DNA from: Thermodesulfobacteriota bacterium
GTDB taxonomy: Bacteria; Desulfobacterota_D; UBA1144
Reading direction: 5' to 3'
Assembly: GCA_036340075.1 (NCBI GenBank)
Contig: JAYYZJ010000003.1
Span: forward strand, 31,261 to 95,260
DNA length: 64,000 nt
In this document: one piece after another, positions 31,091 through 41,848 of the stretch
How positions within the stretch are numbered: the first letter of the stretch is position 1
Layout: each line of letters begins with the position of its first letter
Program-made: the position numbers and the translations under genes
The notes under the pieces: generated by a model
What the model was told of the DNA's origin: nothing
Databases searched by the model: none
What the model saw: only the letters and a program-made list of their open reading frames with translations

Positions 31091-31997
31091 TTATTTCCTA
31101 ACCAAACTAATAAGTTCTTTCCTGGTATTACTTATAGTAACATCTTCGACTTTTGTATTATTAAGAACATTGCCTGGTGGACCTTTTGATAGTGAAAAGA
31201 AACTGCCTCCTGCAATTAAAGAGAACATAGAAAAGAAATATCAATTAGATCAACCTATTCAGACTCAATATTTGTCTTATATGAAAAATATTTTGCGCTT
31301 CGATTTAGGTCCATCTTATTTCTATACAGGAAAAACTGTAAATGAAATTATTAGCAAGAGCTTTCCTTTTTCATTAAAAATTGGCTCGATGTCTTTAATC
31401 TTTACTGTAATTGCATCACTTGGACTGGCAGTTTTTTTGTTCAGAAGAGAAAACCAACTTAGTTCAAAAATAATCAATCTACTTCTCTATGCCTCGGTTG
31501 GTGTTCCTATGTTCCTTTTAGGAGCGGTATTAATAATTTTCTTTTCGGTTCAATTGTCATTATTTCCTGCTGCATTACTTGAAAAACCTACGAGTTATAT
31601 TCTTCCTGTTCTTACATTATCAATCCCTTCTATAGCTTTTCTTACAAAACTTATGGTTGAGACAATGAATGAAACTAATAGTTCTATGTTCGTAAGAAAT
31701 GCAACGATTAACAACATAGACCCTGGAATTATTCTAAATAAATATATTGTTAAGAATTCTCTTATACCTTTTATTACAGCAATTGGTCCAATTGCTGCAT
31801 TTATGATTACAGGCTCATTTGTTGTTGAGAGCATCTATTCAATTCCGGGTATGGGTAGAATGTTTGTCTTATCAATTATCAACAGAGACTATCCACTAAT
31901 CTGTGGTTTAACATTAATCTATACTATGATTTTGATATCAATAAACATGCTTATAGACTTTATCTATCCTTTTCTTGATAAAAGGATAAAGATTTAA
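31080..31997 (+). CDS. ABC transporter permease, OppB/DppB family (no partner subunits nearby)
   Basis: N-terminal LLRTLPGGPFD, which resembles the OppB LLRLLPGDP box; six TM segments; binding-protein-dependent permease core. Overlaps the protease gene by 11 nt. Confidence 0.7.
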   Translation: MRNNYFLTKLISSFLVLLIVTSSTFVLLRTLPGGPFDSEKKLPPAIKENIEKKYQLDQPIQTQYLSYMKNILRFDLGPSYFYTGKTVNEIISKSFPFSLKIGSMSLIFTVIASLGLAVFLFRRENQLSSKIINLLLYASVGVPMFLLGAVLIIFFSVQLSLFPAALLEKPTSYILPVLTLSIPSIAFLTKLMVETMNETNSSMFVRNATINNIDPGIILNKYIVKNSLIPFITAIGPIAAFMITGSFVVESIYSIPGMGRMFVLSIINRDYPLICGLTLIYTMILISINMLIDFIYPFLDKRIKI

Positions 31998-31998
31998 A

Positions 31999-32736
31999 AT
32001 GAATATAAGGATAGATATTGAATATATTGGTACTAATTTTTTTGGTTGGCAAAAACAAAAAAGGCTCAGGACCATACAAGGTGAAATAGAGAAGTCCGTA
32101 AAAAAGATTTTTGGGGAAAAGATTATTGTGTATGGATCAGGAAGAACTGACAGTGGTGTTCATGCTATTAATCAAGTTGCTAATTTTCATGTAAAAGATG
32201 AAAAAAAAATAAATATGATTGGTTTAAAGAATAAGCTGAACTCTATTTTGGATAGTGATATAAAAATTAAATCTTGCAATAAAGTTGATGAGAATTTTCA
32301 TGCACAATATGATTGCAAGGAAAAAGTTTACCTATATAGAATCAAGATAAATGAACCTTGTTCGGTTTTCGAAAAGGGAAGAATGTGGTATTTAAAAAAA
32401 AGTATAAATACAAAGAAATTGGAAAAGATTTCTTCTGTTTTTGTTGGTGAAATAGATTTTATAAATTTTTGTAAAACCGGATACTCTGGAGAAAACACTG
32501 TAAGAAACTTAAGAAAAATATCAATCAAAGAAAAAAAGAATTATATAGATTTCTTCATTACCGGAAATGGTTTTTTAAGAGGAATGGTAAGATTAATAAT
32601 TGGCTGTTTAATTAATTTTGAAAAAGGGGTGATTCAAAAGAAAGATGTAGTTCTTGCTTTGAAAAATAAAAAAAGATTAAAATTAAATTATAGTGTTCCA
32701 GCAGAAGGTCTCTATCTATATAAGGTAAAATACTAG
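31999..32736 (+). CDS. truA: tRNA pseudouridine(38-40) synthase
   Basis: Catalytic Asp motif GSGRTDSGVHA. 245 aa. Confidence 0.9.
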   Translation: MNIRIDIEYIGTNFFGWQKQKRLRTIQGEIEKSVKKIFGEKIIVYGSGRTDSGVHAINQVANFHVKDEKKINMIGLKNKLNSILDSDIKIKSCNKVDENFHAQYDCKEKVYLYRIKINEPCSVFEKGRMWYLKKSINTKKLEKISSVFVGEIDFINFCKTGYSGENTVRNLRKISIKEKKNYIDFFITGNGFLRGMVRLIIGCLINFEKGVIQKKDVVLALKNKKRLKLNYSVPAEGLYLYKVKY

Positions 32737-32737
32737 T

Positions 32738-33382
32738 ATGATATATAAAGGTTTTTCAGAGATTGGATATCCTACCAAGATTATTGCAATAGGTTTAAAT
32801 TATCATGATCACGCAGAGGAAATGAAAAAAAAGCCTCCTGCCGAACCTTTAATGTTTTTAAAGCCTCCATCGTCTCTTATTGCTTGGAATGAGGATATTA
32901 TATATCCGAACCATATGAGCTCTAGAGTAGACTATGAGGGGGAACTTGGAATAGTTATTAAAAAAGAAGCTAAGTGGGTGAGCGTAAATGAAGCTCAAAA
33001 TTACATTTTAGGCGGATTGTGTGTAAATGACGTTACTGCACGAGATTTACAGTCTTTGGATATTCAATTTTCTCGGGCAAAAGGTTTTGATACATTTTGT
33101 CCTGTCGGTCCTTCTGTATCAGATGAAATTGATTATCAAAATGTTAAAATCAAAACTATCGTTAATGGGGAGACAAAACAAGAATCAAGTACTTCGAATA
33201 TGGTTCATAGTGTAAATTTTTTAATTAGTTTTATAAGTAAAATTATGACTTTAAATAGAGGGGATTTAATTCTAACAGGAACACCTGGTGGTATAGGTCA
33301 ATTAAAAGATAAAGATATTGTAAGTGTAAATATTGAGGGCCTCGAAGGAACTAGAAATAAAGTTTCATTGAGGATTAAATAA
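32738..33382 (+). CDS. fumarylacetoacetate hydrolase (FAH) family protein
   Basis: IIAIGLNYHDHAEEM, FLKPPSSLI, DYEGELGIVI, GFDTFCPVGP are FAH-fold metal-binding signatures. Confidence 0.8.
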   Translation: MIYKGFSEIGYPTKIIAIGLNYHDHAEEMKKKPPAEPLMFLKPPSSLIAWNEDIIYPNHMSSRVDYEGELGIVIKKEAKWVSVNEAQNYILGGLCVNDVTARDLQSLDIQFSRAKGFDTFCPVGPSVSDEIDYQNVKIKTIVNGETKQESSTSNMVHSVNFLISFISKIMTLNRGDLILTGTPGGIGQLKDKDIVSVNIEGLEGTRNKVSLRIK

Positions 33383-33398
33383 TATATTAGGAGAAATT

Positions 33399-34484
33399 AT
33401 GTCAAAAATCTTAATTTTGCCAGGCGATGGAATTGGTATAGAGGTTACAGATGAATGTATAAAAATTTTGAATTACTTCAAAGATACATTCGAAATAGAA
33501 TTCGAAAAAGAGATTTTTGGAGGTGCATCAATTGATAAAAATGGACAGCCACTTACTCAAGAAGTTCTTGATAAAGCTTTGACTTCAGATGCTGTACTGC
33601 TAGGAGCAGTAGGGGGCGAGAAGTGGGAGAGCATTGACCATAATTTAAAACCTGAAAAAGGCTTGTTGATGTTGAGAAAAGAACTGGAAACTTTTGCGAA
33701 TTTGCGACCTGGCAAAGTTTTTTCTTCATTATTAAGTGCTTCTTCCTTAAAAGAGGAAATAGTTAACCATACTGATATTCTCGTGATAAGAGAATTAACT
33801 GGTGGGATATATTTTGGTGAGCCACGATTTCTTAAAGATATTAATAATAAAAGAGTTGGTGCTAATACTTTAATATACGATGAGGAAGAAATTGTAAGAG
33901 TCGCGAGAGTAGCTTTTAATTACGCCAGAAAAAGAAAAAACAAAGTCACATCGCTAGATAAGGCAAATGTCTTAGAAGTTATGCAACTCTGGAGAGATGT
34001 AGTTAATGAAGTTCATAAAGCTGAATTTAGTGATGTTGAGCTAGAACATCTTTACATTGATAATGCCGCCATGCAGGTTATTAAAAGACCATCTACCTTC
34101 GATGTTATACTAGCTGGCAATCTTTTTGGAGATATAATTAGTGACGAGATTGCTGAGCTCACTGGATCTTTGGGTATGCTGCCGTCTGCATCAATAGGAG
34201 AGAGCTCTGCAATCTATGAGCCAGTACATGGAAGTGCACCGGATATTGCGGGAAAGAATATAGCCAATCCGATAGCGGCAATTTTATCTCTTTCTATGTT
34301 GTTTAAATACTCCCTTAATTTAGACAAAGTATCTGAATTGATTGATACCGCTGTTTCGAATACTTTAGATTCTGGCATTAGGACTAGGGATATAAACAAC
34401 AATCAATCTGAGCCTGTGAATTGTTCTGAAATGGGTGATAAGATTCTTGCAAACATAGATGAAATCAAGTCAAAATTTATCTAA
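33399..34484 (+). CDS. leuB: 3-isopropylmalate dehydrogenase
   Basis: NLFGDIISDE motif and the general isocitrate/isopropylmalate dehydrogenase fold. 361 aa. Confidence 0.9.
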   Translation: MSKILILPGDGIGIEVTDECIKILNYFKDTFEIEFEKEIFGGASIDKNGQPLTQEVLDKALTSDAVLLGAVGGEKWESIDHNLKPEKGLLMLRKELETFANLRPGKVFSSLLSASSLKEEIVNHTDILVIRELTGGIYFGEPRFLKDINNKRVGANTLIYDEEEIVRVARVAFNYARKRKNKVTSLDKANVLEVMQLWRDVVNEVHKAEFSDVELEHLYIDNAAMQVIKRPSTFDVILAGNLFGDIISDEIAELTGSLGMLPSASIGESSAIYEPVHGSAPDIAGKNIANPIAAILSLSMLFKYSLNLDKVSELIDTAVSNTLDSGIRTRDINNNQSEPVNCSEMGDKILANIDEIKSKFI

Positions 34485-37400
34485 AAATTCTACTGCTTTT
34501 GAGAAAGGAATGATTAAGTCCTTAAATATTGATTTAAACAAAGATACTTCATACGCTATATATGGCTCTAATGATTTTATAAACTCAGCCATCATTGCTG
34601 ATTTATATGAAAAAGAACTCGAGGATATTTTTTTTGTTACGGATAACCCAAAAAGATGCCAAATGTTAATTGAGCATCTAGAACAAAGTTTCAATATTCC
34701 TAGCTTCTATTTAGAAAATGAAATTTTTCATTCTGAAGCTGATTCTAATAACGGTAGAAAATTTTCTTTGAATCTATTTTCATTTCTAGAGCAACATCAA
34801 TACAGAAGAATAAAATTTATTGATACTAAAAATCTGCTTCACAAATTTAAAAGAAGAAGACGGATGGAATGCAAAAAAATTCAAAGAGATGCCTCTTCTT
34901 TTAATAGAGATGGATTAATTAGTCAACTTATTGAATTTGATTACAGAGAAAAAGAATTTATAGAAGAACTTGGAGATTATGCTGTTAGAGGATCGATAAT
35001 TGATTTTTTTTCACCATCAGAACCCTTCCCAATAAGGGTTGAATTTAAAAATGATAATCCATCGTCTTTTCAAATCTTTGATCTTGAAAATGAACGAAGG
35101 ACCGGTGAAATTCTTGATGAAATTACAATAATGAATATTAAATCAGAAGCTGATCCAATGGTAGCTTCTGACATGACACTTTTAGAATTAATTGATTCAA
35201 AATCTATTCTTATTTTTGATTCAGAATCTGATTTCACCTTGTTTGGAAGTAGTAGAAAAAAAATATTTGATTTATTAGGTAAAAAGAAAACACTCTTTCT
35301 AAATCCAACACATCCCATTGATTCTGCAACCAATCTTAATCTGGATTTAGAGCTAATCAGAGAGCCTTATGACCTTTCGTTAGAATTTATAAAGGAAATT
35401 ATCAACGAAAGGGCCGACTTAAAAAAAGTTTATCTAGTAACAGATGCTGCTACCAAGAGGAATCTTATTGGTGATTTAGAGAAAAAAATCTTAGGAAAGA
35501 TAATCTTTGTTGATGGATTTTTGAGAAAATCTTTTTATCTGAAGAACAACAAGAATCTTTATTTATCTTTCAATAAAACGGTCTCCAATAAAGACTCTAA
35601 TACGTATGCTAATCAATCATTTAAATTGTCTAATTTTATGGATTTAGAACTAGGAGACTATGTTGTTCACAGAGACTTTGGTTTAAGTCTCTACAAAGGA
35701 ATAAAAAATAAAACAATAAACGGTTCTGTTGTTGATTTTATTGAATGTCAATTTGATCTAAATGACAAACTTCTTATACCAATTGACAAGATTAGCTTGA
35801 TTCAAAAATATATAGGCGGGAATAAGAGTATTAGACTGGATTCATTAAGAAGCAGAAGCTGGATAGGCAAAGTAAAGAAAGCTAAAAGAGTAGCAGAAAA
35901 TGTAGCAAGAGAAATATTGAGTCTTTATGCTCAAAGGAAATCAGCAGATGGCTTTTCTTATCAAATTAATGAAAAAGAAATCGCTGAATTTGAAGATAGG
36001 TTTGAATATCAAGAAACTAGGGATCAAAAAAATGCAATAATTAGCACATATCAAGACATGCAATCGTCTAAGCCTATGGATAGACTTATTTGCGGTGATG
36101 TAGGCTTTGGGAAAACAGAGGTAGCACTGAGGGCATCTTTCCTTGCCTCAATTAACTCAAAACAGACTGTTATTATAGCTCCAACAACTCCTCTTGTTCA
36201 TCAACATTTAAATACCTTCTTAAAACGATTTAAGGATTTGCCTATAAAGGTGGAGGCTCTCTCTAGATTTGTAAAACCAAAAAAAGTCTTAATGATTCAA
36301 AAAGAATTAGCCGAAGGCAAAATTGATATAGTAGTTGGTACTAACAAAATCTTATCAGATAAAATCAAATTTAAGAATTTAGGATTGATAATAATAGACG
36401 AAGAACATAAATTTGGTGTATCAGCAAAAGAAAAGATTAAAAAGATTAAGGTTGGTATAGACTCTTTGAGTCTTTCTGCCACACCGATACCTCGTACTCT
36501 TCAACTTTCTCTTTCTGGATTAAGAGACATAAGCCTCATTGGGACCCCTCCAAAAGAAAGATTAGGGGTTGAAACTTATATAGATAAATATAATGAAGAA
36601 AAAATCAAAAAAGCAATTGAATATGAAAGAGAAAGGGGCGGAAAAGTGTTCTTTATTCACAATGAAATAAAAACTATAGAAAAAATTTTCCAGGTTCTAA
36701 AAAAATTGCTACCTAATGAAAAAATAGATTATGTACATGGAAGGATGAAAAGTACTGACATCGAAAATCGCTTAAAACAATTTATTGATGGTGACATATC
36801 AATACTAATTACTACTACGATTGTGGAATCTGGTCTTGATATCAAAACAGTTAACACAATGATAATCAATAATGCTCATAATTTCGGATTATCTGATCTT
36901 TACCAGCTTCGTGGGAGAATTGGGCGAGGCTCAGTTAAAGGGATAGCATATCTTATCATTCCGGATAAAGAGATAACTGACAATGCGAAAAAAAGATTGG
37001 CCGCAATGAAAAGACTGACAAAACTTGGCTCTGGTTTTAATTTAGCTCTAGAAGATTTAGAAATAAGAGGAGCAGGAAATTTATTTGGTATAGAGCAATC
37101 AGGAAAAATATATGATGTTGGAATAGAATTTTATCTTGACTTGTTAGAGAAAGAAATTAATCAAATCAGGAACAATACCGCTGAAATCTCATTCAACCCA
37201 GAAGTTGAAGTTAACGAGAGTCTTTTTATTCCTAAAAGTTACATATCGTCAGCAGAGAGAAGGTTGTTTTATTATAAAAGAATTTCCTTAATAGAAAGCG
37301 AAGATGATTCCGTTAGTTTGGTTGATGAATTGTTAGATAAATTTGGTCCCATTCCTTATGAGCTCTTAAATTTAATACATATAGCTGATATAAAAATCCA

Positions 37401-37617
37401 AATGAGACGGTTGGGTGCTTCTAGGTTACAAATTAAAGCAAAGTCTCTAATAATTAAGGCAGTGAAACTAGATGAAATGAAAGATATTGACATGGAACTA
37501 CCAAGAGAAGAGAAAGGACTGTATGAAACAGTACAATTTATTAAAAAAACAAGAAGCCTGGAAGATCTCGTAGGGGATGATTATCAATTCAAAAGTGGTA
37601 GAATTTTAATAAAATAA
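34459..37617 (+). CDS. mfd: transcription-repair coupling factor Mfd (true start may be the internal Met near 34510)
   Basis: 1052 aa. Walker A GDVGFGKTEVALRA, DEEH box IIDEEHKFG, helicase motif VI QLRGRIGRG, and an N-terminal UvrB-homology region. Confidence 0.9.
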   Translation: MKSSQNLSKNSTAFEKGMIKSLNIDLNKDTSYAIYGSNDFINSAIIADLYEKELEDIFFVTDNPKRCQMLIEHLEQSFNIPSFYLENEIFHSEADSNNGRKFSLNLFSFLEQHQYRRIKFIDTKNLLHKFKRRRRMECKKIQRDASSFNRDGLISQLIEFDYREKEFIEELGDYAVRGSIIDFFSPSEPFPIRVEFKNDNPSSFQIFDLENERRTGEILDEITIMNIKSEADPMVASDMTLLELIDSKSILIFDSESDFTLFGSSRKKIFDLLGKKKTLFLNPTHPIDSATNLNLDLELIREPYDLSLEFIKEIINERADLKKVYLVTDAATKRNLIGDLEKKILGKIIFVDGFLRKSFYLKNNKNLYLSFNKTVSNKDSNTYANQSFKLSNFMDLELGDYVVHRDFGLSLYKGIKNKTINGSVVDFIECQFDLNDKLLIPIDKISLIQKYIGGNKSIRLDSLRSRSWIGKVKKAKRVAENVAREILSLYAQRKSADGFSYQINEKEIAEFEDRFEYQETRDQKNAIISTYQDMQSSKPMDRLICGDVGFGKTEVALRASFLASINSKQTVIIAPTTPLVHQHLNTFLKRFKDLPIKVEALSRFVKPKKVLMIQKELAEGKIDIVVGTNKILSDKIKFKNLGLIIIDEEHKFGVSAKEKIKKIKVGIDSLSLSATPIPRTLQLSLSGLRDISLIGTPPKERLGVETYIDKYNEEKIKKAIEYERERGGKVFFIHNEIKTIEKIFQVLKKLLPNEKIDYVHGRMKSTDIENRLKQFIDGDISILITTTIVESGLDIKTVNTMIINNAHNFGLSDLYQLRGRIGRGSVKGIAYLIIPDKEITDNAKKRLAAMKRLTKLGSGFNLALEDLEIRGAGNLFGIEQSGKIYDVGIEFYLDLLEKEINQIRNNTAEISFNPEVEVNESLFIPKSYISSAERRLFYYKRISLIESEDDSVSLVDELLDKFGPIPYELLNLIHIADIKIQMRRLGASRLQIKAKSLIIKAVKLDEMKDIDMELPREEKGLYETVQFIKKTRSLEDLVGDDYQFKSGRILIK

Positions 37618-37627
37618 AAAGGTTCGT

Positions 37628-38533
37628 ATGAAAGCTTATAAAATATTATCTATCTTCTTAATTATAGTATTCTTTTTTTCTGTAACGTCTAAAGCTGAAA
37701 TAAGTGATGGAGTTGCTGCTGTAGTAAACGATGAAGTTATTTTTCTGTCTGATTTACAATCACATATTAAAGAAAGCGGTGACAACCCTTTGAATAAAAA
37801 AGTTTACTCCAAGTATCTAAAAGAGCTAATAGATTTAAAATTGCTACAGCTCCAAGGGTCCAGAATGGGTATCGATGCAAGTGATGAAAAAATAGATCAA
37901 ATAGAAAAAGACGTGAGAAAGAAAAACGGAGACAAAGTCTTTGAAGATGAATTAAAAAAGAATGGTTTAAGTGTATACAGGCTTCGTTTTGGTTGGAAAA
38001 ATCAGATGCTCCAAGAAGGTATTAGATCGGTAGTACTAAGAAATAAAATTGTTATAACAGAGAAAGAAATAATTCAAAAATACAAAAAAACTTATGGGAA
38101 TATTCAAGAAGAAAATCTAGTCAACCTTTCAATGATTTTAATAGACACCAACAAGATAAAAGAGGGTCAAATAAAATCTATAGAAGAGAATTTAAGGGCA
38201 TCAAACAATGTTGATTCTCTAGTTGATGAATTGTTAATAAGTGAACAAATTGAGCCATCATCAGGAAGTTTGGGTTTTGTTAATCCTGAGAACTTAGATA
38301 AAAAAGTAAAATCTGATATTAACTCATCAAAAGAAGGCGATATAATTGGTCCATATGTTTCTGAGAATATAATAAAATTTATTATTGTTGGAAAAAAACA
38401 ATTTGGGGATGTTGATTACATAAAGAATAAAGATAAAATCTATGAAACCATATACCAAGAAAAATCTTTAACTCTGCTTCAGAAGTGGTTCCAAGAGTTA
38501 AGAGACAATGCTTATATATCAATCAGAATATAA
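37628..38533 (+). CDS. SurA-N-domain periplasmic chaperone / peptidyl-prolyl isomerase-like protein
   Basis: Signal peptide, then GVAAVVNDEVIFLSDL, which is typical of the SurA N-terminal chaperone domain. Any PPIase domain is degenerate or truncated. Confidence 0.5.
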   Translation: MKAYKILSIFLIIVFFFSVTSKAEISDGVAAVVNDEVIFLSDLQSHIKESGDNPLNKKVYSKYLKELIDLKLLQLQGSRMGIDASDEKIDQIEKDVRKKNGDKVFEDELKKNGLSVYRLRFGWKNQMLQEGIRSVVLRNKIVITEKEIIQKYKKTYGNIQEENLVNLSMILIDTNKIKEGQIKSIEENLRASNNVDSLVDELLISEQIEPSSGSLGFVNPENLDKKVKSDINSSKEGDIIGPYVSENIIKFIIVGKKQFGDVDYIKNKDKIYETIYQEKSLTLLQKWFQELRDNAYISIRI

Positions 38534-38547
38534 ACCAAGATAAGAAG

Positions 38548-41460
38548 TTAACCGGTTTTGTATTCTTCTATAGGTATGCAGCTACAGACAAAATTTTTGT
38601 CTCCGTATGCATTATTTACTCTTCCTACAGGTGAAATATATCTAACAACATCTTGGGAAGCACTTTGCAAAGGGAAGGCAACGTCGAGCGAATAATTAAA
38701 ATTATTATTCATTATATCAAAAAAAGTATGGGGGGCATTCTTAAGTGGGGAGTCCTTTGCTTCTGAAATATTTGAGTAAGTTATAATTTCTGCATGTATA
38801 GATATTAATGCATTACAGAATCGATCAAGCTCCTTTTGTGACTCACTCTCTGTTGGTTCTATCATTAATGTACCAGCTACTGGGAAGGACATAGTCGGAG
38901 CATGAAATCCATAATCAATAAGTCTTTTTGCTATATCCTCTTCTGTTACCCCATGAGTTTTCCTTATGTCTCTTAAGTCTATTATGCATTCATGTGCAAC
39001 TCTGTCGTTTCTTCCAGAGTAAAGAATTGGGAAGTAGGGTTTTAGTCTTTTTGCTATATAATTGGCATTTAGAATTGCAATTTGCGTTGCTTTTTTAATT
39101 CCTGCTGGTCCCATCATCATGATATACATCAAAGATATTGGCAAAATTGATGCACTTCCCCAAGGAGCAGAAGAAATAGGACCAAAACTCGATGGTGGTC
39201 CTGCATTCTTGATTACACTATGGCCTGGAAGGAAATTTGATAAATGCTCTTTGACTGCTATAGGCCCTACTCCAGGACCTCCTCCTCCATGTGGTATACA
39301 AAATGTTTTATGTAAATTAATGTGGCACAAGTCTGGTCCAAAATGACCTGGTTTTGATATGCCAACTATTGCATTGAGATTGGCTCCATCCATATAAACT
39401 TGTCCTCCTGCATCATGAACCATGCGGCATATTTTACCAATATTCTCTTCAAAGACACCATGAGTAGAGGGATAAGTAATCATTAAAGTAGAGATTTTGT
39501 CTGGATGCTGCTGGATTTTATTTGCTAAGTCAGTCGTGTCTACATTTCCTTTATCGTCGCAATCCACTATTTCAACTTCGAGTCCAGCTAGTACCGCACT
39601 AGCTGGATTTGTTCCATGAGCAGAGCTTGGAATTAGACATATATTTCTTTTTGACTCTCCGGTCGCTTCTTGAAAAGCTCTTATAGTCATTAGGCCAGCA
39701 AGCTCTCCTTGTGCCCCTGCATTTGGTTGAAGTGATACTGAGTCAAAACCTGTAATGTCAGATAACATTTTTTTTAATTTTTCTATTATAAATTCATATC
39801 CTCTAGCTTGAGATTTTGGAACAAATGGATGTATAGAGTTAATTTTTTCCCAACTTATTGGAATCATCTCACTAGTGGAATTCAATTTCATAGTACAGGA
39901 ACCTAAAGGAATCATTGACTTGTTTAAAGCAATGTCTTTGTCTTCTAAATTCTTTATGTATCTAACAAAATCAGTCTCTGATTTATATGAATTAAATACA
40001 GGGTGAAGAAGGTAGTCTTCGAATCTAACAAGATTCTTCGGTATTACTTCCAAATCAGAAGATAAAGAATTGCTTATCTCGTCTAATTCAAAATTTTTAC
40101 CTCCTGAGAAACACCTAAGAATTTTCTTTAAATCATCTCTGGTTGTTTTCTCATCAAGAGATATTGTGATTATTTCATTCGAAAAATATCGAAAATTTAA
40201 TCTGTTTTTTTGTGCTTGAGATTTTATTGATGATATTTTCTTCTTAGAGACTTTGATTGCTATGGTGTCAAAATAAACCTTGTTAAGTAAATCAAAACCT
40301 AATTCTGCCAAACTCTTGCTAAGAATACGAGCAAGATTATGGACTCTCAGCCCTATTCTTCTTATTCCCTTTGGTCCATTGTAGATTGCATATGCAGCTG
40401 CAGTTATTGCCAATAAAGCTTGGGCAGTGCATATATTGCTTGTAGCCTTTTCCCTTCTGATATGCTGCTCTCGAGTTTGGAGAGCCATTCTATATGCAAG
40501 GTTATTGTTTTTATCTACGGATCTTCCTATAATTCTTCCGGGCAGTAGTCTTTTGAATTCTTCTTTGCATGCTATAAAGGCTGCGTGCGGTCCTCCAAAA
40601 CCCATTGGGACTCCAAATCTTTGTGAGTTACCAATTGCAATATCTGCACCCAGCTCTCCGGGGGATTTAATTATAGATAGAGCAAGCAAATCGGATGCTA
40701 ATATTGTAATTACTCCATTAGACTTGGCTTTTTTAATCAAGAATTCGTAATTATCAATCGAGCCAAGGGTGTCTGGGTATTGAGCTATAAATCCAAAAGC
40801 ATTATCGTTTTCTTGTAATAATAAATCTAGATTTCCTATTTTAATTTCTATATTAAGCGGTTTTGCTCTTGTCTCAAGCAAGCTAATTGTTTGAGGGTGA
40901 CATAAATCGGAGACAAGAAAAACATTTCTGTTTTCCTTGCAAGCTCTAAGGGCTACCATCATAGCTTCAACTGCTGATGTACCTTCATCTAGCAAAGATG
41001 CATTAGACACTTCCAGCCCCGTAAAATCCATTATCATTTGTTGATAATTGATTAACATCTCTAATCTGCCCTGTGAAACTTCTGGCTGATAAGGAGTATA
41101 GGCTGTATACCAACCAGGGTTTTCTAATATATTTCTTAAGATAACATTTGGTGTAGTTGTATTATGGTATCCCATTCCGATAAAACTTTTAAAAATTTCG
41201 TTCTCATCTATTTTATCTTTAAGGAAATTAATTGCTTCGGTTTCACTTAGAGGTTCGTCAATTCCCAATGGTACATCAAGCAATATTTGATTTGGAACTG
41301 CAGATAAAATTAAATCTTCTAAGCTTTTATATTCTAAAAAATTTAACATATAGGTGATTTCAGAATCTGAACTTCCTATATGTCTATCAATAAAAGAAAA
41401 ATAATCTTTTCCTTCGGACAAATTAATATCTAATTTTTTATTTTGTTCTTCTTTATTCAT
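38548..41460 (-). CDS. gcvP: glycine dehydrogenase (decarboxylating), single-chain P protein (ORF-track start 41499 is over-extended into gcvH)
   Basis: About 970 aa. Fits the PLP-dependent GcvP family along its length. The predicted start MNKEEQ still overlaps the gcvH stop by 8 nt. Confidence 0.95.
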   Translation of the reverse strand: MNKEEQNKKLDINLSEGKDYFSFIDRHIGSSDSEITYMLNFLEYKSLEDLILSAVPNQILLDVPLGIDEPLSETEAINFLKDKIDENEIFKSFIGMGYHNTTTPNVILRNILENPGWYTAYTPYQPEVSQGRLEMLINYQQMIMDFTGLEVSNASLLDEGTSAVEAMMVALRACKENRNVFLVSDLCHPQTISLLETRAKPLNIEIKIGNLDLLLQENDNAFGFIAQYPDTLGSIDNYEFLIKKAKSNGVITILASDLLALSIIKSPGELGADIAIGNSQRFGVPMGFGGPHAAFIACKEEFKRLLPGRIIGRSVDKNNNLAYRMALQTREQHIRREKATSNICTAQALLAITAAAYAIYNGPKGIRRIGLRVHNLARILSKSLAELGFDLLNKVYFDTIAIKVSKKKISSIKSQAQKNRLNFRYFSNEIITISLDEKTTRDDLKKILRCFSGGKNFELDEISNSLSSDLEVIPKNLVRFEDYLLHPVFNSYKSETDFVRYIKNLEDKDIALNKSMIPLGSCTMKLNSTSEMIPISWEKINSIHPFVPKSQARGYEFIIEKLKKMLSDITGFDSVSLQPNAGAQGELAGLMTIRAFQEATGESKRNICLIPSSAHGTNPASAVLAGLEVEIVDCDDKGNVDTTDLANKIQQHPDKISTLMITYPSTHGVFEENIGKICRMVHDAGGQVYMDGANLNAIVGISKPGHFGPDLCHINLHKTFCIPHGGGGPGVGPIAVKEHLSNFLPGHSVIKNAGPPSSFGPISSAPWGSASILPISLMYIMMMGPAGIKKATQIAILNANYIAKRLKPYFPILYSGRNDRVAHECIIDLRDIRKTHGVTEEDIAKRLIDYGFHAPTMSFPVAGTLMIEPTESESQKELDRFCNALISIHAEIITYSNISEAKDSPLKNAPHTFFDIMNNNFNYSLDVAFPLQSASQDVVRYISPVGRVNNAYGDKNFVCSCIPIEEYKTG

Positions 41461-41848
41461 CAATAAGCTTCTTATAGTCGTTCGGACTAAGCAAGGCATC
41501 TAAATCTTCCAATCTTTTTGGTTTGATTTTTATAATCCACCCTGAATCATAAGGGCTTGTATTAATCAAATCTGGTTCGTTTTCTACTGCATTATTTATT
41601 TCTACTACTTCTCCAGCGATAGGAGAATATAAATCAGAAACTGATTTTGTCGATTCTATTACTCCAAATGTTCCTGATTTGTCTAACATGGTTCCAACTT
41701 TAGGCAACTCAACAAAAACAATCTCACCAAGTGATTCTTGCGCATAATCAGTTATGCCTATTGTTACTAAACCCTCAGATTCTAGAGCCCATTCGTGATC
41801 TTCTGTGTATTTACATTCATCTTTGACTTCTGACAATTTAGACCTCAC
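41453..41848 (-). CDS. gcvH: glycine cleavage system H protein
   Basis: Lipoyl-lysine motif ESTKSVSDLYSPIAGEV. 131 aa. Confidence 0.9.
   Translation of the reverse strand: MRSKLSEVKDECKYTEDHEWALESEGLVTIGITDYAQESLGEIVFVELPKVGTMLDKSGTFGVIESTKSVSDLYSPIAGEVVEINNAVENEPDLINTSPYDSGWIIKIKPKRLEDLDALLSPNDYKKLIDE

Noticed and set aside
38534-38560. AACCGGTT palindrome between the convergent surA-like and gcvP genes as a terminator
   Set aside because: The 8-nt palindrome has no loop and no T-run, and it sits inside the gcvP stop region, so it is not a convincing intrinsic terminator.
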